Source of the DNA: Promethearchaeota archaeon | GTDB taxonomy: Archaea > Asgardarchaeota > Lokiarchaeia > Sigyniarchaeales > SOKP01 | Length of the DNA: 64,000 nt | NCBI GenBank assembly: GCA_048939995.1 | Contig: JBHLOY010000001.1 | Coordinates: 398,449-462,448, forward strand | Direction: 5' to 3' | Shown: piece by piece, positions 51,430 to 61,768 of the stretch | Position numbering within the stretch: position 1 is the stretch's first letter | Layout of the letters: each line of letters starts with the position of its first letter | The notes under the pieces: generated by a model | Seen by the model: the letters and a program-made list of their open reading frames with translations, nothing else | Told to the model about the DNA's origin: nothing | Databases searched by the model: none | Translations under genes and position numbers: made by a program

Positions 51430-51903
51430 TTACGTAATTGTAATCATTCTGAGTATCATAAATATACCTAACCATATTAGAAATCCACAAATACCAAAAA
51501 TATAATATGCCCAGATGTTCTTTTCTTTTATAAAAATTAAATAGCAAAATAACCAAGAACCAAGAGCTCCAACAGCCCCCATTAGTAGATCAGTAGTTAT
51601 ATTTTGCCAGCTATCAACTCTACCCTCGAATTTCCAACCCAAATCTATAAATAGCGTGTTTTCAAAAACTTCCCATAAAATTATTATTATCATTGTACAA
51701 ATAAAAACGAATAATAATGAGAAGATAGGAATATGACCCTTACTTTTTGGTATAGTGTAAAACAATGAGAAGAAGAGAAAAACACCAATGCCGAAGCAAA
51801 TATGGCCAATCGAATAAAAATCAAACCAAGCTATTCCAACCATTGAAGGATCGGTTGCTATTAAATCCACGAATAACATATTATTTTCACATTTGATTTC
51901 CAA
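51430..51903 (-). CDS. Membrane protein (DUF2585/DUF2238-like)
   Basis: D.YS.GH..FG, WEVFEN, DS..N...D; four TM segments. Confidence 0.55.
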   Translation of the reverse strand: MEIKCENNMLFVDLIATDPSMVGIAWFDFYSIGHICFGIGVFLFFSLFYTIPKSKGHIPIFSLLFVFICTMIIIILWEVFENTLFIDLGWKFEGRVDSWQNITTDLLMGAVGALGSWLFCYLIFIKEKNIWAYYIFGICGFLIWLGIFMILRMITIT

Positions 51904-51992
51904 AATGTTTCTTTTTATAATTAATAATTTTTTAATAGAATAATTCTAAATTAATAATACTATTCATTGAATATAATCTTATTTTGTGTTAA

Positions 51993-53291
51993 TTGTTGAA
52001 AAAGGGTACTGCTTTAATTGTATTTTATCAAAAAGAGAACATTTATAGTTTCAATGCATTGATTGCAGCTATTGAAACTGAGCCGAAGTTAGATGATATT
52101 GATATATTTTTTATAAGAGGGAAAGAGAACCTCATTAATAAGCTGAGCAAATTAATTTTTATTTATAAGAGAGTAATTTTGGGAGTTTCTTTCTTTACCA
52201 CACAAGTTTGGAAAATCTATCAATTGTTAAAGATTTTAAAAAAAAATTATCAAGATAAAATAATTTTTATTGCTGGTGGAGCTCATTCTACGGGTGATCC
52301 CTTAGGAACTCTGAAGATGGGCTTCGATGTTGTTGTCGTGGGAGAAGGAGAAAAAACGTTAATCGAACTTATTTTAAAAATTAAGAATGACGACTTATTC
52401 AATAATATTAAAGGAATTGCCTTCTTAAATCAAAAAAAAGAATTAGTATATACTGGAAATAGAAGCCCAATAAGTTTAGATAATTACCCTCCTTTACCTG
52501 TTAAACATATAAAATTTGGAGCTATAGAAATTACAAGGGGATGTCCATATACGTGCTATTTCTGTCAAACATCATATTTATTTGGCACAAAACCACGTCA
52601 TAGGAGCATAGACAATATATGCAAAGCAGTTAAAATTATGGCCCTTAAATATGGGAAGAACGATATCCGTTTTATATCTCCTAATGCTTTTTCTTATGGC
52701 TCGATGGATGGAAAAACCTTAAACTTAGAAAAATTAGAAGAACTACTAAAGCAAATTAAAAGTATAATTTCTTCAAGTGGAAGAATTTTCTTAGGATCAT
52801 TCCCCTCAGAAGTCAGACCAGAACATGTGACTATTGATTCTCTAAAATTGGTTAAAAATTATGCTGCCAATGATAATATTGTTATCGGTGCGCAGTCTGG
52901 AAGCCAAAAGTTACTTGACTTATGTCATAGAGGTCATAATGTGGAAGACGTTTATAAAGCTGTAGAACTAACTGTTCAATCGGGACTTAAAGCGAATGTA
53001 GATTTTATTTTTGGGCTACCTTATGAAAATGAAACCGATATTGACCTAACTCTTAAAGTTATAACCGATTTGACTGATATTGGAGCTAGAATTCACACAC
53101 ATTCATTTCTACCATTGCCTCAAACCGTATTTGCTTCATTTAATGCTAAAAAGATACACAAAAAAATCAGAAAAGTACTTCATGATCTAAATATTAAGGG
53201 ATTAGCCTACGGTGAATGGAAAAAACAAGAGGATATTGCAATTAAGATAAGTAAATACTTAAAATCAAAAGAAGTGAAGGATCTATTCTAA
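51993..53291 (+). CDS. B12-binding domain/radical SAM protein
   Basis: IAGGAH, GEGE, EITRGCPYTCYFC, FPSEVRPE, GAQSGS. Confidence 0.9.
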   Translation: MLKKGTALIVFYQKENIYSFNALIAAIETEPKLDDIDIFFIRGKENLINKLSKLIFIYKRVILGVSFFTTQVWKIYQLLKILKKNYQDKIIFIAGGAHSTGDPLGTLKMGFDVVVVGEGEKTLIELILKIKNDDLFNNIKGIAFLNQKKELVYTGNRSPISLDNYPPLPVKHIKFGAIEITRGCPYTCYFCQTSYLFGTKPRHRSIDNICKAVKIMALKYGKNDIRFISPNAFSYGSMDGKTLNLEKLEELLKQIKSIISSSGRIFLGSFPSEVRPEHVTIDSLKLVKNYAANDNIVIGAQSGSQKLLDLCHRGHNVEDVYKAVELTVQSGLKANVDFIFGLPYENETDIDLTLKVITDLTDIGARIHTHSFLPLPQTVFASFNAKKIHKKIRKVLHDLNIKGLAYGEWKKQEDIAIKISKYLKSKEVKDLF

Positions 53292-54140
53292 TATATAGTA
53301 ATTTTGACCATTTTTTTTTATAAATCCCTCATCTTCTAATACATTGAGAATTTCTCTTATTGTACCTCGATCTCTCTGAACTTCTTTAAATATTTCAGTT
53401 TCATTAATATTTTTTTCTCTAAGTATCATCTTCAACACTTTTCCTCGAATCTCTCGATTAGATCCTTCAAATTTAGCTTGTTTTCTATAGTGGGTACTTT
53501 TTTTATGTAATTCTGGATGTGTTTTTTTAAGCATAACTCCATAATCCATTAAAGCATAATACCATTCTCTAGGATTAGCAAAATCTAGAGTTTTTTTAAC
53601 TAAAGGTAATATTTCTTCATCAGAGATTAGATTTTTATCCCGAAAGAAGAAATGGATATAAACCCTTCGAATGTTTGTTTCAACAAAATAGGTCGGTTTA
53701 TTAAAAGAAAAGGTTAATATCGACGAAGCAGTATTATGACCAATTTGGGGAAAAGATTTTAGAATATTTATGTCTTCAGGTAATTTACCTTCATATTCAT
53801 TAACTACAATTTTAGCTATTTTTTTCAATGCGAGGGCTCTTCGATTATATCCTAGTCCTTGCCAAACTTTTAAAATTTCATTAGTCTTAGCGTTTGCTAG
53901 TTCATTAAAATTTGGAAATTTGTTAATAAATTCTAAAAACTTGTCAGCTACCCTACTTGTCTGAGTTTGCTGAAGCATTATTTCCGATATTAAAACATTA
54001 TAAGGACTGATATCTGTTCTAAAGGGAAAATTTCTTCCAGATCTTTTGTAATATGAATAGATAATTCCTTGGAAAGTTTTCAATATATGGCTGGTTAAAC
54101 CTTCTCTTTTGTAAGTTTTGTAAAAATCATGAATAAGCAT
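53283..54140 (-). CDS. mutY: A/G-specific adenine glycosylase (HhH-GPD), lacking Fe-S cysteines
   Basis: PYNVLISEIMLQQTQ, WQGLGYNRRA, PQIG.NTA, ETNIRRV, ALMDYG. Confidence 0.85.
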   Translation of the reverse strand: MLIHDFYKTYKREGLTSHILKTFQGIIYSYYKRSGRNFPFRTDISPYNVLISEIMLQQTQTSRVADKFLEFINKFPNFNELANAKTNEILKVWQGLGYNRRALALKKIAKIVVNEYEGKLPEDINILKSFPQIGHNTASSILTFSFNKPTYFVETNIRRVYIHFFFRDKNLISDEEILPLVKKTLDFANPREWYYALMDYGVMLKKTHPELHKKSTHYRKQAKFEGSNREIRGKVLKMILREKNINETEIFKEVQRDRGTIREILNVLEDEGFIKKNGQNYYILE

Positions 54141-54228
54141 GTATTAACACTTTTATTGATTTTAATTTGAAAATCTATTGTGAAAAAAGAAGTTAACTCT
54201 TTTTAAATATAATTTACTTAAGAAATAA

Positions 54229-56142
54229 TTATTTAGTAATATCAAACGCGAATTCGGTTACTCCACCTTCAATTTTTTTTAATGTTAAGTTGTATCCAGC
54301 AGTATCAATCAAATGAAGCATCGATTTGTTTTCTAGCAAAATTGTCCCTCCAAATGTTTTATAATTTAGCTCCCTTCCAATTTTCACCAAGTAGTTTAAT
54401 AAAAACCTTGTTATTCCCAAATTTCTCCAATCTTTATGAACAACAAATGCCAATTCTGCCAAGGTAGGCTTGATAGTTTTGAAAAAACCCCCTAAAGCTA
54501 TTATTTTTGATTCTGCTTCTTCTTTATATTCTCCAACTAATATCATATCTGTAGTATAATCAATATTTACCATTGGTTGGATTTTTTTATGGCGAAAATC
54601 TCGAATCGGTGTAAAAAATCTTAAATATCTATCTTTTTCATCGAGTGAATAATGAAGTTCTTGAATCGTTCTTTCATCTGTTGGTTTTACTGGTCTTATA
54701 AGTATTTTTTTTTCATTTTTTAAAATTAATTTTGTCTCATATTTTTCAGGGTAGATCGCTATTCTCCCATCTATAGATACAGGTAATTTTTGATCTGAAT
54801 ATGCATATTTCCACTTCTTAGCATGTTCTAATAATTCTTCCCGAAAATCGGGGTGTGCAATATTTATCATTTCTAATACTCTTTCTCGTATACTCTTTCC
54901 ATAAAGGTATGCTATTCCCCATTCAGAAATGATATAATGCACATCACCGCGAGTTATTACTACCCCTGAACCTTGTTGGAGATAAGGTACTATCCTTGAA
55001 ACTACTCTGCCATCTGATAAAGTGGCTGTAGATGGAACCACCATTATTGGCTTCCCTTCCTTTGAACGCCCAGCTCCTCTAATAAAATCAACTTGTCCTC
55101 CAATTCCACTATAGAACTGATAGCCTAAAGAATCGGCATTAATCTGCCCTGTAATATCTACAGTCAATGCTGCGTTAATAGCAACTTGTTTTCTATTCTG
55201 AGAAATAATAAAAGGGTCATTTGTATATTCACAAGGATGAAATTCAACCATAGGATTATCATCGCAAAAATCATATAACTTCCTAGTACCCATGACAAAA
55301 GAACATATAATCTTATCTTTATGTATTGATTTCTTTTTGCATGTAACTACTCCTTTCTCTACGAGATCTACTATTCCATCTGAAAAAACTTCACTATGTA
55401 CCCCTAAGTCACTTTTTCCTTCTAATTCAACAGTAACAGCATTTGGAATGGTTCCGATTCCCATCTGAATGGTGGAACCATCTTCAATTAATGATGCTAC
55501 AAATTTTGCGATTTTTTTTTCAGATTCATCTGGAGGACCATAATCAAATTCAATAATATCGTGATCGGATAATACAAAGGCATCAATATCATCCATGTGT
55601 ATAAAGGAATCTCCTAATGTACGAGGCATTTTAGGATTTATTTCAGCAACAACAAAATCTGCAGCCTCAGCAATGGATTTTACAATATCTACATTAATTC
55701 CATAACTACAGAAACCATATCTATCTGGTGGACTTACTTGAATGAGGGCAGTGTCCAAATGCATTCTTCCAAGCTTAAACAACCAAGGGATTTCGGACAA
55801 AAGCATGGGAGTGTAATCGGCTTGCCCTGTTTTGATATATTTTCTTAAAGATTTACCAATAAAGAAGGCATTATGTCTAAATAAATCCTCGATTCCACCT
55901 GCAGTTTCATAATAATCAAGATCGCTTAGACTTAAAAAGTGCATTATTTCCACATCTGGTAATTCCGGACCAAGTTCAATTAGTTTTTTTGTTAAATCTA
56001 AAGGTTCAGCACATCCCGAATCGATAAAAATGCGATCTCCAGGATTTATAAATTTCTTAATTGCTTGGTTAATTGACACCTTTTTCTTATTATATTTATT
56101 CAATAGGTATTCGACATTTTCTTTACTCATTCGCAAAACCAC
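54229..56142 (-). CDS. Acetyl-CoA hydrolase/CoA-transferase fused to C-terminal GNAT domain
   Basis: QVSPPD.YG, IQMGIG.IP, HSE, SGIGGQVDF.RGA; C-terminal IRPVKP.D, RYLRFF, AELAFVV...W.NLG. Confidence 0.9.
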   Translation of the reverse strand: MVLRMSKENVEYLLNKYNKKKVSINQAIKKFINPGDRIFIDSGCAEPLDLTKKLIELGPELPDVEIMHFLSLSDLDYYETAGGIEDLFRHNAFFIGKSLRKYIKTGQADYTPMLLSEIPWLFKLGRMHLDTALIQVSPPDRYGFCSYGINVDIVKSIAEAADFVVAEINPKMPRTLGDSFIHMDDIDAFVLSDHDIIEFDYGPPDESEKKIAKFVASLIEDGSTIQMGIGTIPNAVTVELEGKSDLGVHSEVFSDGIVDLVEKGVVTCKKKSIHKDKIICSFVMGTRKLYDFCDDNPMVEFHPCEYTNDPFIISQNRKQVAINAALTVDITGQINADSLGYQFYSGIGGQVDFIRGAGRSKEGKPIMVVPSTATLSDGRVVSRIVPYLQQGSGVVITRGDVHYIISEWGIAYLYGKSIRERVLEMINIAHPDFREELLEHAKKWKYAYSDQKLPVSIDGRIAIYPEKYETKLILKNEKKILIRPVKPTDERTIQELHYSLDEKDRYLRFFTPIRDFRHKKIQPMVNIDYTTDMILVGEYKEEAESKIIALGGFFKTIKPTLAELAFVVHKDWRNLGITRFLLNYLVKIGRELNYKTFGGTILLENKSMLHLIDTAGYNLTLKKIEGGVTEFAFDITK

Positions 56143-56220
56143 CTTTCATAAAAAATAAAATACTAATGGTTTTAAATCAGGTCTAAATAAAAAATAAATT
56201 GAATATTTCAAAATTTTAAT

Positions 56221-56841
56221 CTATTTTTTATGAATAATAATTTCAACAATCCGATTAATATATTTTCCTTTTTGAATTTTACAAGTTCGAGCAACTTTTT
56301 TAAAATTAAATGATTCTGCTAAAGCGTCCAAATAAGAAATATTATATAAAATAGAGAGACTCTCATTGTTCCGCATGAATAATTTATCTAATGCTAGTTT
56401 AACTTGATCTCCATTTAATTTTTTTGATCTTATTTTAGTTCTTTCAATAATTTCTTTTAAAGAAATATTGAAATGGAAATCACGTATACTTGAAATTAAA
56501 GAACTTAAAACAATAGTATAGAGCAAAATAATATCATATTCGGTATCTTGTAATGCTGTTAATCTAATCTGAATATCTTGATATATTTCTTGTAAGAAGT
56601 TCTCGTCTAGTCCTTTAATTTTTTTAAAAGGTTTAAAGAATTTCAAATAACTACCTTCTAAAAAGTAATCGAGATTTCTTTTAAATAAATCTTTGAATTT
56701 TTTCACAATTAAACCAGAATTCCTAATTTTTACAGACACGTCAGGTGTTCTGCCAATTATTGTATCACTGCCATCTAAATAGAATTGTTGCTCTATGAGG
56801 TTATCTGTAGCTTGATATAATTGTTTTATTTTCGATTCTAT
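56221..56841 (-). CDS. Hypothetical protein (probable ATA start at 56841; the ORF track starts at GTG 56739)
   Basis: The frame is open 34 codons upstream of the GTG. AGGTG lies 8 nt before ATA, and there is an in-frame TAA at 56872-56874. Confidence 0.65.
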   Translation of the reverse strand: MESKIKQLYQATDNLIEQQFYLDGSDTIIGRTPDVSVKIRNSGLIVKKFKDLFKRNLDYFLEGSYLKFFKPFKKIKGLDENFLQEIYQDIQIRLTALQDTEYDIILLYTIVLSSLISSIRDFHFNISLKEIIERTKIRSKKLNGDQVKLALDKLFMRNNESLSILYNISYLDALAESFNFKKVARTCKIQKGKYINRIVEIIIHKK

Positions 56842-57066
56842 TTTTAGAACACCTAAGTTCTCTTCTCGTTTTTATAGGGCTATAGTAATTATCAAAATTC
56901 AATGATTTAATTTTTATGATCTTAATCAGATATATTATTCTTACTGCTTATAATTTTCTACAATAATATTAATTAGAAAATGTTACATGAATATCATTAA
57001 TGTTGTTTTAAAAAAACAAATTCTTATCTAAGTTCAAATTTAAAATAAAAACTTAAGTGAAATAAA

Positions 57067-58791
57067 ATGGGATTGAAATTAGCGTCCACACTAGCAATAC
57101 TTTTCTTGTTCGGGCTGATTTATGCTGTAGTATTTGTAATAGGGGTTTGGTTTTTACCAAACACTTGGTGGAGCCTCTTGATTATGGTTGGATTTACTAT
57201 CATGATAATATTATTCCAATATGGGATAAGTCCTTTGATAGTAGGATGGTTATATCGAATTGATTGGATTCCTTATGAACAATATATAGCGGAATACCCC
57301 CATTTAGGCGATGCCATAAATAAAGTCGTAGCTATGCAAAGAATAAAGCCTCCAAAGTTGGGAATCATTTTTAATGAATTTAATCCAAATGCTTTTACTT
57401 ATGGTTGGACTAAAAATTCTGCAAGATTGGTAATTACGGAAGGTATCTTAGAACACTTAGATGAGCGAGAGCAAACTGCTGTGGTTGCCCACGAATTAGG
57501 GCATATTGTACATAATGATTTTATTCTCATGACTGTTGTATTTGCCATTCCACTAATCTTGTTGACAATAGCGAGATGGTCCTTCTACGTTGCTCGTTTT
57601 TCGGGAATAAGATCTGGTGATAGAGATAAAGCAAATTATCTACCACTAATATTAATAGTAGTTGCAGTGGTATCCTATCTTTCATATTATTTAGGATATC
57701 TAGTCTCATTAGTAGTAAGTAGAATTAGAGAATATTATGCTGATCAACATTCTGCAGAGCTTACTGAAGATCCAAATACTTTATCCACTGCTTTAGTAAA
57801 AATAGCTTATGGATTATTAGTGGGAGGAACTGAAGCCGAAATTAAAGAGAGAAATAAATCCAGAGTTAGAGCACTTAGGGGATTAGGCATTTTTGATCCG
57901 AAAAAAGCACATTATTTCGCTATGCAGGGTGTTGGAGCTTCTGGTGAATATTCAAAAAGAGCAATTGAAGCTGCTGCAGGATGGGATTTATTTAATCCAT
58001 GGGCCAAATATTTCCAAATTTTTAGCACTCATCCATTACCTGCCAAAAGAATTCAACGTTTAAATGAACTATGTGAAATTTATGGGAAATCTGTAGAAAT
58101 TGATTTTTCTCAAGCTCGAAAAATTAAAGAGGAACAAATAGGTAAATCAATGATTGGTGAATTTCTTACAGATATATTTATTAAATCCTTACCTTCTATA
58201 GTCTTTTTTGTTTTAATTGTCCTAAGCGTATTATGGTTATTTGCAACTATTGGATGGTTATATATAGGGACAATTGCGACTGTTAGTAATTTAATCCTCA
58301 TGTGGGCAACGGGATTTTTTGTTATGGGAATTGCTGCTATTTTGAGAACTTCATATATGTATCGGAAGGGATTTGAACCTGCAACAGTACTTGATTTAGT
58401 CACTCAGATAAATGTTTCGCCAGTTCGTCCCATTCCTGCTATTATAGAAGGTACAATAATTGGTAAGGGAATTCCAGGCTACATTTTCAGTAATGACCTC
58501 TACTTTCAAGATGAAACTGGATTAATGTATATCGATTATAGATTTGGTTTGAGCATTGTCGATTTCTTTTGGGCAATTACAAAAGTTAATAGATTAATAG
58601 GGCAACGAGTTAGAATTAAAGGATGGTACCGAAGGGGACCTGGTCCATATTTACAAATAGACACCTTAGAAACTGAAATGGGAAGGCGCCATCGAAATTA
58701 TTCAAAACACATGACATATATTCTAGCAATTATATTCTTCATTATTAGCGCTATAGTCTTTTATTTCTGGTTTGCTACCTATTTCTTTTAA
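57067..58791 (+). CDS. htpX: M48 family zinc metalloprotease (HtpX-like) with C-terminal membrane/beta-barrel extension
   Basis: PNAF, AHELGH, SRIREYYAD, STHP...RI. Confidence 0.85.
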   Translation: MGLKLASTLAILFLFGLIYAVVFVIGVWFLPNTWWSLLIMVGFTIMIILFQYGISPLIVGWLYRIDWIPYEQYIAEYPHLGDAINKVVAMQRIKPPKLGIIFNEFNPNAFTYGWTKNSARLVITEGILEHLDEREQTAVVAHELGHIVHNDFILMTVVFAIPLILLTIARWSFYVARFSGIRSGDRDKANYLPLILIVVAVVSYLSYYLGYLVSLVVSRIREYYADQHSAELTEDPNTLSTALVKIAYGLLVGGTEAEIKERNKSRVRALRGLGIFDPKKAHYFAMQGVGASGEYSKRAIEAAAGWDLFNPWAKYFQIFSTHPLPAKRIQRLNELCEIYGKSVEIDFSQARKIKEEQIGKSMIGEFLTDIFIKSLPSIVFFVLIVLSVLWLFATIGWLYIGTIATVSNLILMWATGFFVMGIAAILRTSYMYRKGFEPATVLDLVTQINVSPVRPIPAIIEGTIIGKGIPGYIFSNDLYFQDETGLMYIDYRFGLSIVDFFWAITKVNRLIGQRVRIKGWYRRGPGPYLQIDTLETEMGRRHRNYSKHMTYILAIIFFIISAIVFYFWFATYFF

Positions 58792-58877
58792 AAAGTAATT
58801 TTTATTTTTTTATTCTTTTTTATTTAATACAAATGTAAAATCGTAATTCTTATATTGTTAAACAGCATTAATCACCA

Positions 58878-60137
58878 ATGAAAATGACTACTTTTAATAA
58901 AAATAAAGTTGAATTGATGACACCTTTAAAAAACTTAAAATCTCTCAATGCTGTTATTGGAAATGCTGATGCAGTTTATTTTGGTGTCGAATCCTTTAAC
59001 ATGCGAATGTTTAGTGATAATTTCAAATTAGTCGAGTTAAATAAAATTGTAAAAACTTGTCATGAGAGTCATATTAAGGCTTATCTCACTACAAATATAA
59101 TTATCTATGAAAATGAAATTAAACTGTTGGAATCTATATTAGATAAGGCTGTAGAAGCAGATATTGATGCTGTAATTGTTCATGATATAGGAGCTATTCA
59201 GCTTGCTAAGGAAAGAGGGCTTAAATTTCATATATCCACTCAAGCAAGTATCTCTAATTCTTATTCTGCTAAATTTTATGAATCATTAGGTGCTAATAGA
59301 TTGATTTTAGCACGAGAGTTATCCTTAAATCAGATTAAAGAAATACAGAATAAACTTAAAACTGCAAAAATAGAAACTTTCATCCATGGAGCTCAATGCA
59401 CTTCGATTTCAGGAAGATGTTATTTCTCAGCTGAATTATGTGAATCTCAGGACTACTCTGCAAACCGAGGGAAATGTGTTCAGCCTTGCCGCAGGAAATG
59501 GCGGGTAATTGACGATCAAGATAATGAAGTGCTCTATGATGGAGTTTTCTTCATCAATACAAAAGATCTTTGTATGATTGAACATATCCCCACATTAATC
59601 GAAGCTAACATTGATGCATTTAAAATTGAAGGTCGAATGAGAGATCCCATTTATATTGAAGAAACTACCTCCTGCTACCGTGAAGCAATTGATGCTTATT
59701 ATGACAATACATTCACCCAACAAAAAGTAAAAGAATGGTTAAAAAGACTTAATAAGGTATATAATCGAGGTTTTTCAACTGGATTTTATTTTAGTTTACC
59801 CAAGGGCAAAGAAATCCAGAGAGAATTTGATGGCAATATCTCACAATTTCAAAAAGTTGAAGTGGGCAAGGTTCTAAATTATTACCCAGAAAAGAAAGCA
59901 GCAAAAATCCTCTTAACTGCTGGTAAATTAAAATTAAATGACGAAATTTTCATTATAGGAACTCATACTGATACCTATATAAGGCAAAGAGTAACTTCTA
60001 TTCAAATTAAACAAAAGAAAAATCTCACTGAAACGCCATCAGTCTCATCCAGTATTGAAAGATTAACTGTTGGAATTACTGTTAATAAACCGGTTAAAAA
60101 AAATGATAAGATTTTTAAATTGAACATTTCTAAATGA
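58878..60137 (+). CDS. Peptidase U32 family Fe-S protein (tRNA/rRNA hydroxylase-like)
   Basis: ADAVYFG, HISTQ, LAREL, HGAQC..SGRC, NRGKCVQPCR, KIEGR. Confidence 0.9.
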   Translation: MKMTTFNKNKVELMTPLKNLKSLNAVIGNADAVYFGVESFNMRMFSDNFKLVELNKIVKTCHESHIKAYLTTNIIIYENEIKLLESILDKAVEADIDAVIVHDIGAIQLAKERGLKFHISTQASISNSYSAKFYESLGANRLILARELSLNQIKEIQNKLKTAKIETFIHGAQCTSISGRCYFSAELCESQDYSANRGKCVQPCRRKWRVIDDQDNEVLYDGVFFINTKDLCMIEHIPTLIEANIDAFKIEGRMRDPIYIEETTSCYREAIDAYYDNTFTQQKVKEWLKRLNKVYNRGFSTGFYFSLPKGKEIQREFDGNISQFQKVEVGKVLNYYPEKKAAKILLTAGKLKLNDEIFIIGTHTDTYIRQRVTSIQIKQKKNLTETPSVSSSIERLTVGITVNKPVKKNDKIFKLNISK

Positions 60138-60253
60138 AATAGAATAAAATAGTCTTTTAAATGAAATTATAAAATTAGAAATAATATATTGAAAATAATA
60201 TAAAATAAAAAGAGTATTAATTAATTTAATATGGGATTTGATTGAAATTTAGC

Positions 60254-60682
60254 TTATTCTGCGAGATCTTCAAAAGCTTCGATGGCTAATTCAATAATTT
60301 CTTGAAATGCCATAGCATCTTGAAGGTTACCTTCGACAGTTATGTCTCCAGCCATATAAGCGCTTGTTGCATCAACTTCTCCGAAGAGTAAGCCTAAGGC
60401 AACTTCTTTGTTAGCAGAAAAGGTAAAAGAAGGATTATCTACATCTCCTTCTCCATACTCAAGTATTCCGTCGTGAGCTTTCATCCAAGCTCTGGTGTCG
60501 GCATCAGTAACAATCATTTGGACTGTAATATCCATATCTTCTAATTCTTCTTTCAAATCTTCATTCTCTTCAGCAATTTGCTTGAAGAGTTCATACATTT
60601 TAAGAGCAAAGCTGATCTCAGTTGCAGCTGCTCCTGCATCTAATTTTTCCTTTACTTCATCTATTAATCCTTGATCGACCAT
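60254..60682 (-). CDS. SCP2 sterol/lipid-binding domain protein
   Basis: GEVDATSAYMAGDITVEGNL.DAM. Confidence 0.85.
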   Translation of the reverse strand: MVDQGLIDEVKEKLDAGAAATEISFALKMYELFKQIAEENEDLKEELEDMDITVQMIVTDADTRAWMKAHDGILEYGEGDVDNPSFTFSANKEVALGLLFGEVDATSAYMAGDITVEGNLQDAMAFQEIIELAIEAFEDLAE

Positions 60683-60801
60683 TTTGGTTTTTCAACCTTT
60701 TTTTATTTTTTAACCCTTTAAATCTAAAATTTTATATTTTAAATTTTTTTTGAAATTGTGATTTAGATAATTCTTTTTGATTTAAAAAACTTTGAACTTT
60801 T

Positions 60802-60814
60802 TAACAAATTGTTA
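60802..60814. promoter_or_regulatory. Palindrome TAACAAATTGTTA, candidate operator
   Basis: Perfect 6-1-6 palindrome upstream of the SCP2 gene; near-copies at 26648-26660 and 63102-63114. Confidence 0.4.
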
Positions 60815-60885
60815 GCAAAAAGTTTTTATTGATATTTAAAATATGAAAATTTTTAGAAATCAGAATGTTGATATATATATTTAAA

Positions 60886-61023
60886 TGGCGCCCACAGCGG
60901 GATTTTCTTCATGTGTGGAAAGCACACATTATTTTGAACCCGCGTCGCAGGAGTGACAGTCCCGAATGCTGGACCGGGTTTTGCGCGTCTTTTAATTAAA
61001 GACTAACTCTACACTATGTGGGC
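60886..61023 (-). tRNA. tRNA-Asp(GTC) with two non-canonical introns (D-loop ~60979-61008; T-loop ~60904-60933), CCA encoded
   Basis: Acceptor stem GCCCACA/TGTGGGC-G-CCA; anticodon arm CGGGA-CTGTCAC-TCCTG; T arm GCGGG-TTCAAAT-CCCGC. Removing two 30-nt inserts gives 78 nt. Confidence 0.9.
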
Positions 61024-61222
61024 TTAATTTATAGTGTTATATCAGAAAGAATAAATACAACTATAAAAATTTTATTCTCACACTTTACAGCTCTTCTTTT
61101 TTCTAATTAAAAATGTGAGTAATTTATCATTTTAGATCTTAATAAATTTGGATAAAAAACAAATAAATAAGAGGAAAGAGATAATCATTTATAGGTATAA
61201 GAATTTTTCATTTTGAAATAGA

Positions 61223-61660
61223 GTGATGGATGCTAAGGATCCTATTAATTCGTTATTGGAAGTTTTGGAAAAGGATAAAAAGCAGTTTGTAAGGTTCTTA
61301 GATAAAATCATCAGAATCGGGGTAAAAATCTTTAATTCAACGGAGGAGCTTCAAGAAGAATTGGTGGGGTTTGACGATGTTTACCAGACTTGTATTAAAG
61401 ATGTAAATTTTGATTATTGGTTCAAAGTTTCAAATGGAAAAATCGAATATCAAAGAGGAATTAATCCAGAAGCTCTCTTTAAAATAAATCACACCTCAGA
61501 CATGGTAATCAAAATTCTTAAGGGAGAGACTAGCGGAACAGATGCATTTATGAGAGGAAAACTTAATGTCGAAGGTGATCTAACTCAAGGTTTAAGATAT
61601 GTTAAGCTTTTCCGTATGTTTTTTAAATATATACAAAAAAAGAATCACTCTGCTAATTAA
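61223..61660 (+). CDS. SCP2 domain protein
   Basis: GETSGTDAFMRGKLNVEGDL. Confidence 0.85.
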   Translation: MMDAKDPINSLLEVLEKDKKQFVRFLDKIIRIGVKIFNSTEELQEELVGFDDVYQTCIKDVNFDYWFKVSNGKIEYQRGINPEALFKINHTSDMVIKILKGETSGTDAFMRGKLNVEGDLTQGLRYVKLFRMFFKYIQKKNHSAN

Positions 61661-61768
61661 ATAAGGATTATCATCGCTATATTATATGCTAATATATATT
61701 ACGAATTTTTAAATGATCATGAGTTAATTCAAATAATAATCTCTATATTTAAAGATTGAGTTTAAGAG

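Noticed and set aside
5843-58403. Many 60-170 aa ORFs antisense to or nested in long genes (e.g. 5843, 7000, 15352, 20308, 21325, 22930, 32497, 39611, 58110)
   Set aside because: They overlap well-supported genes and carry no motifs.
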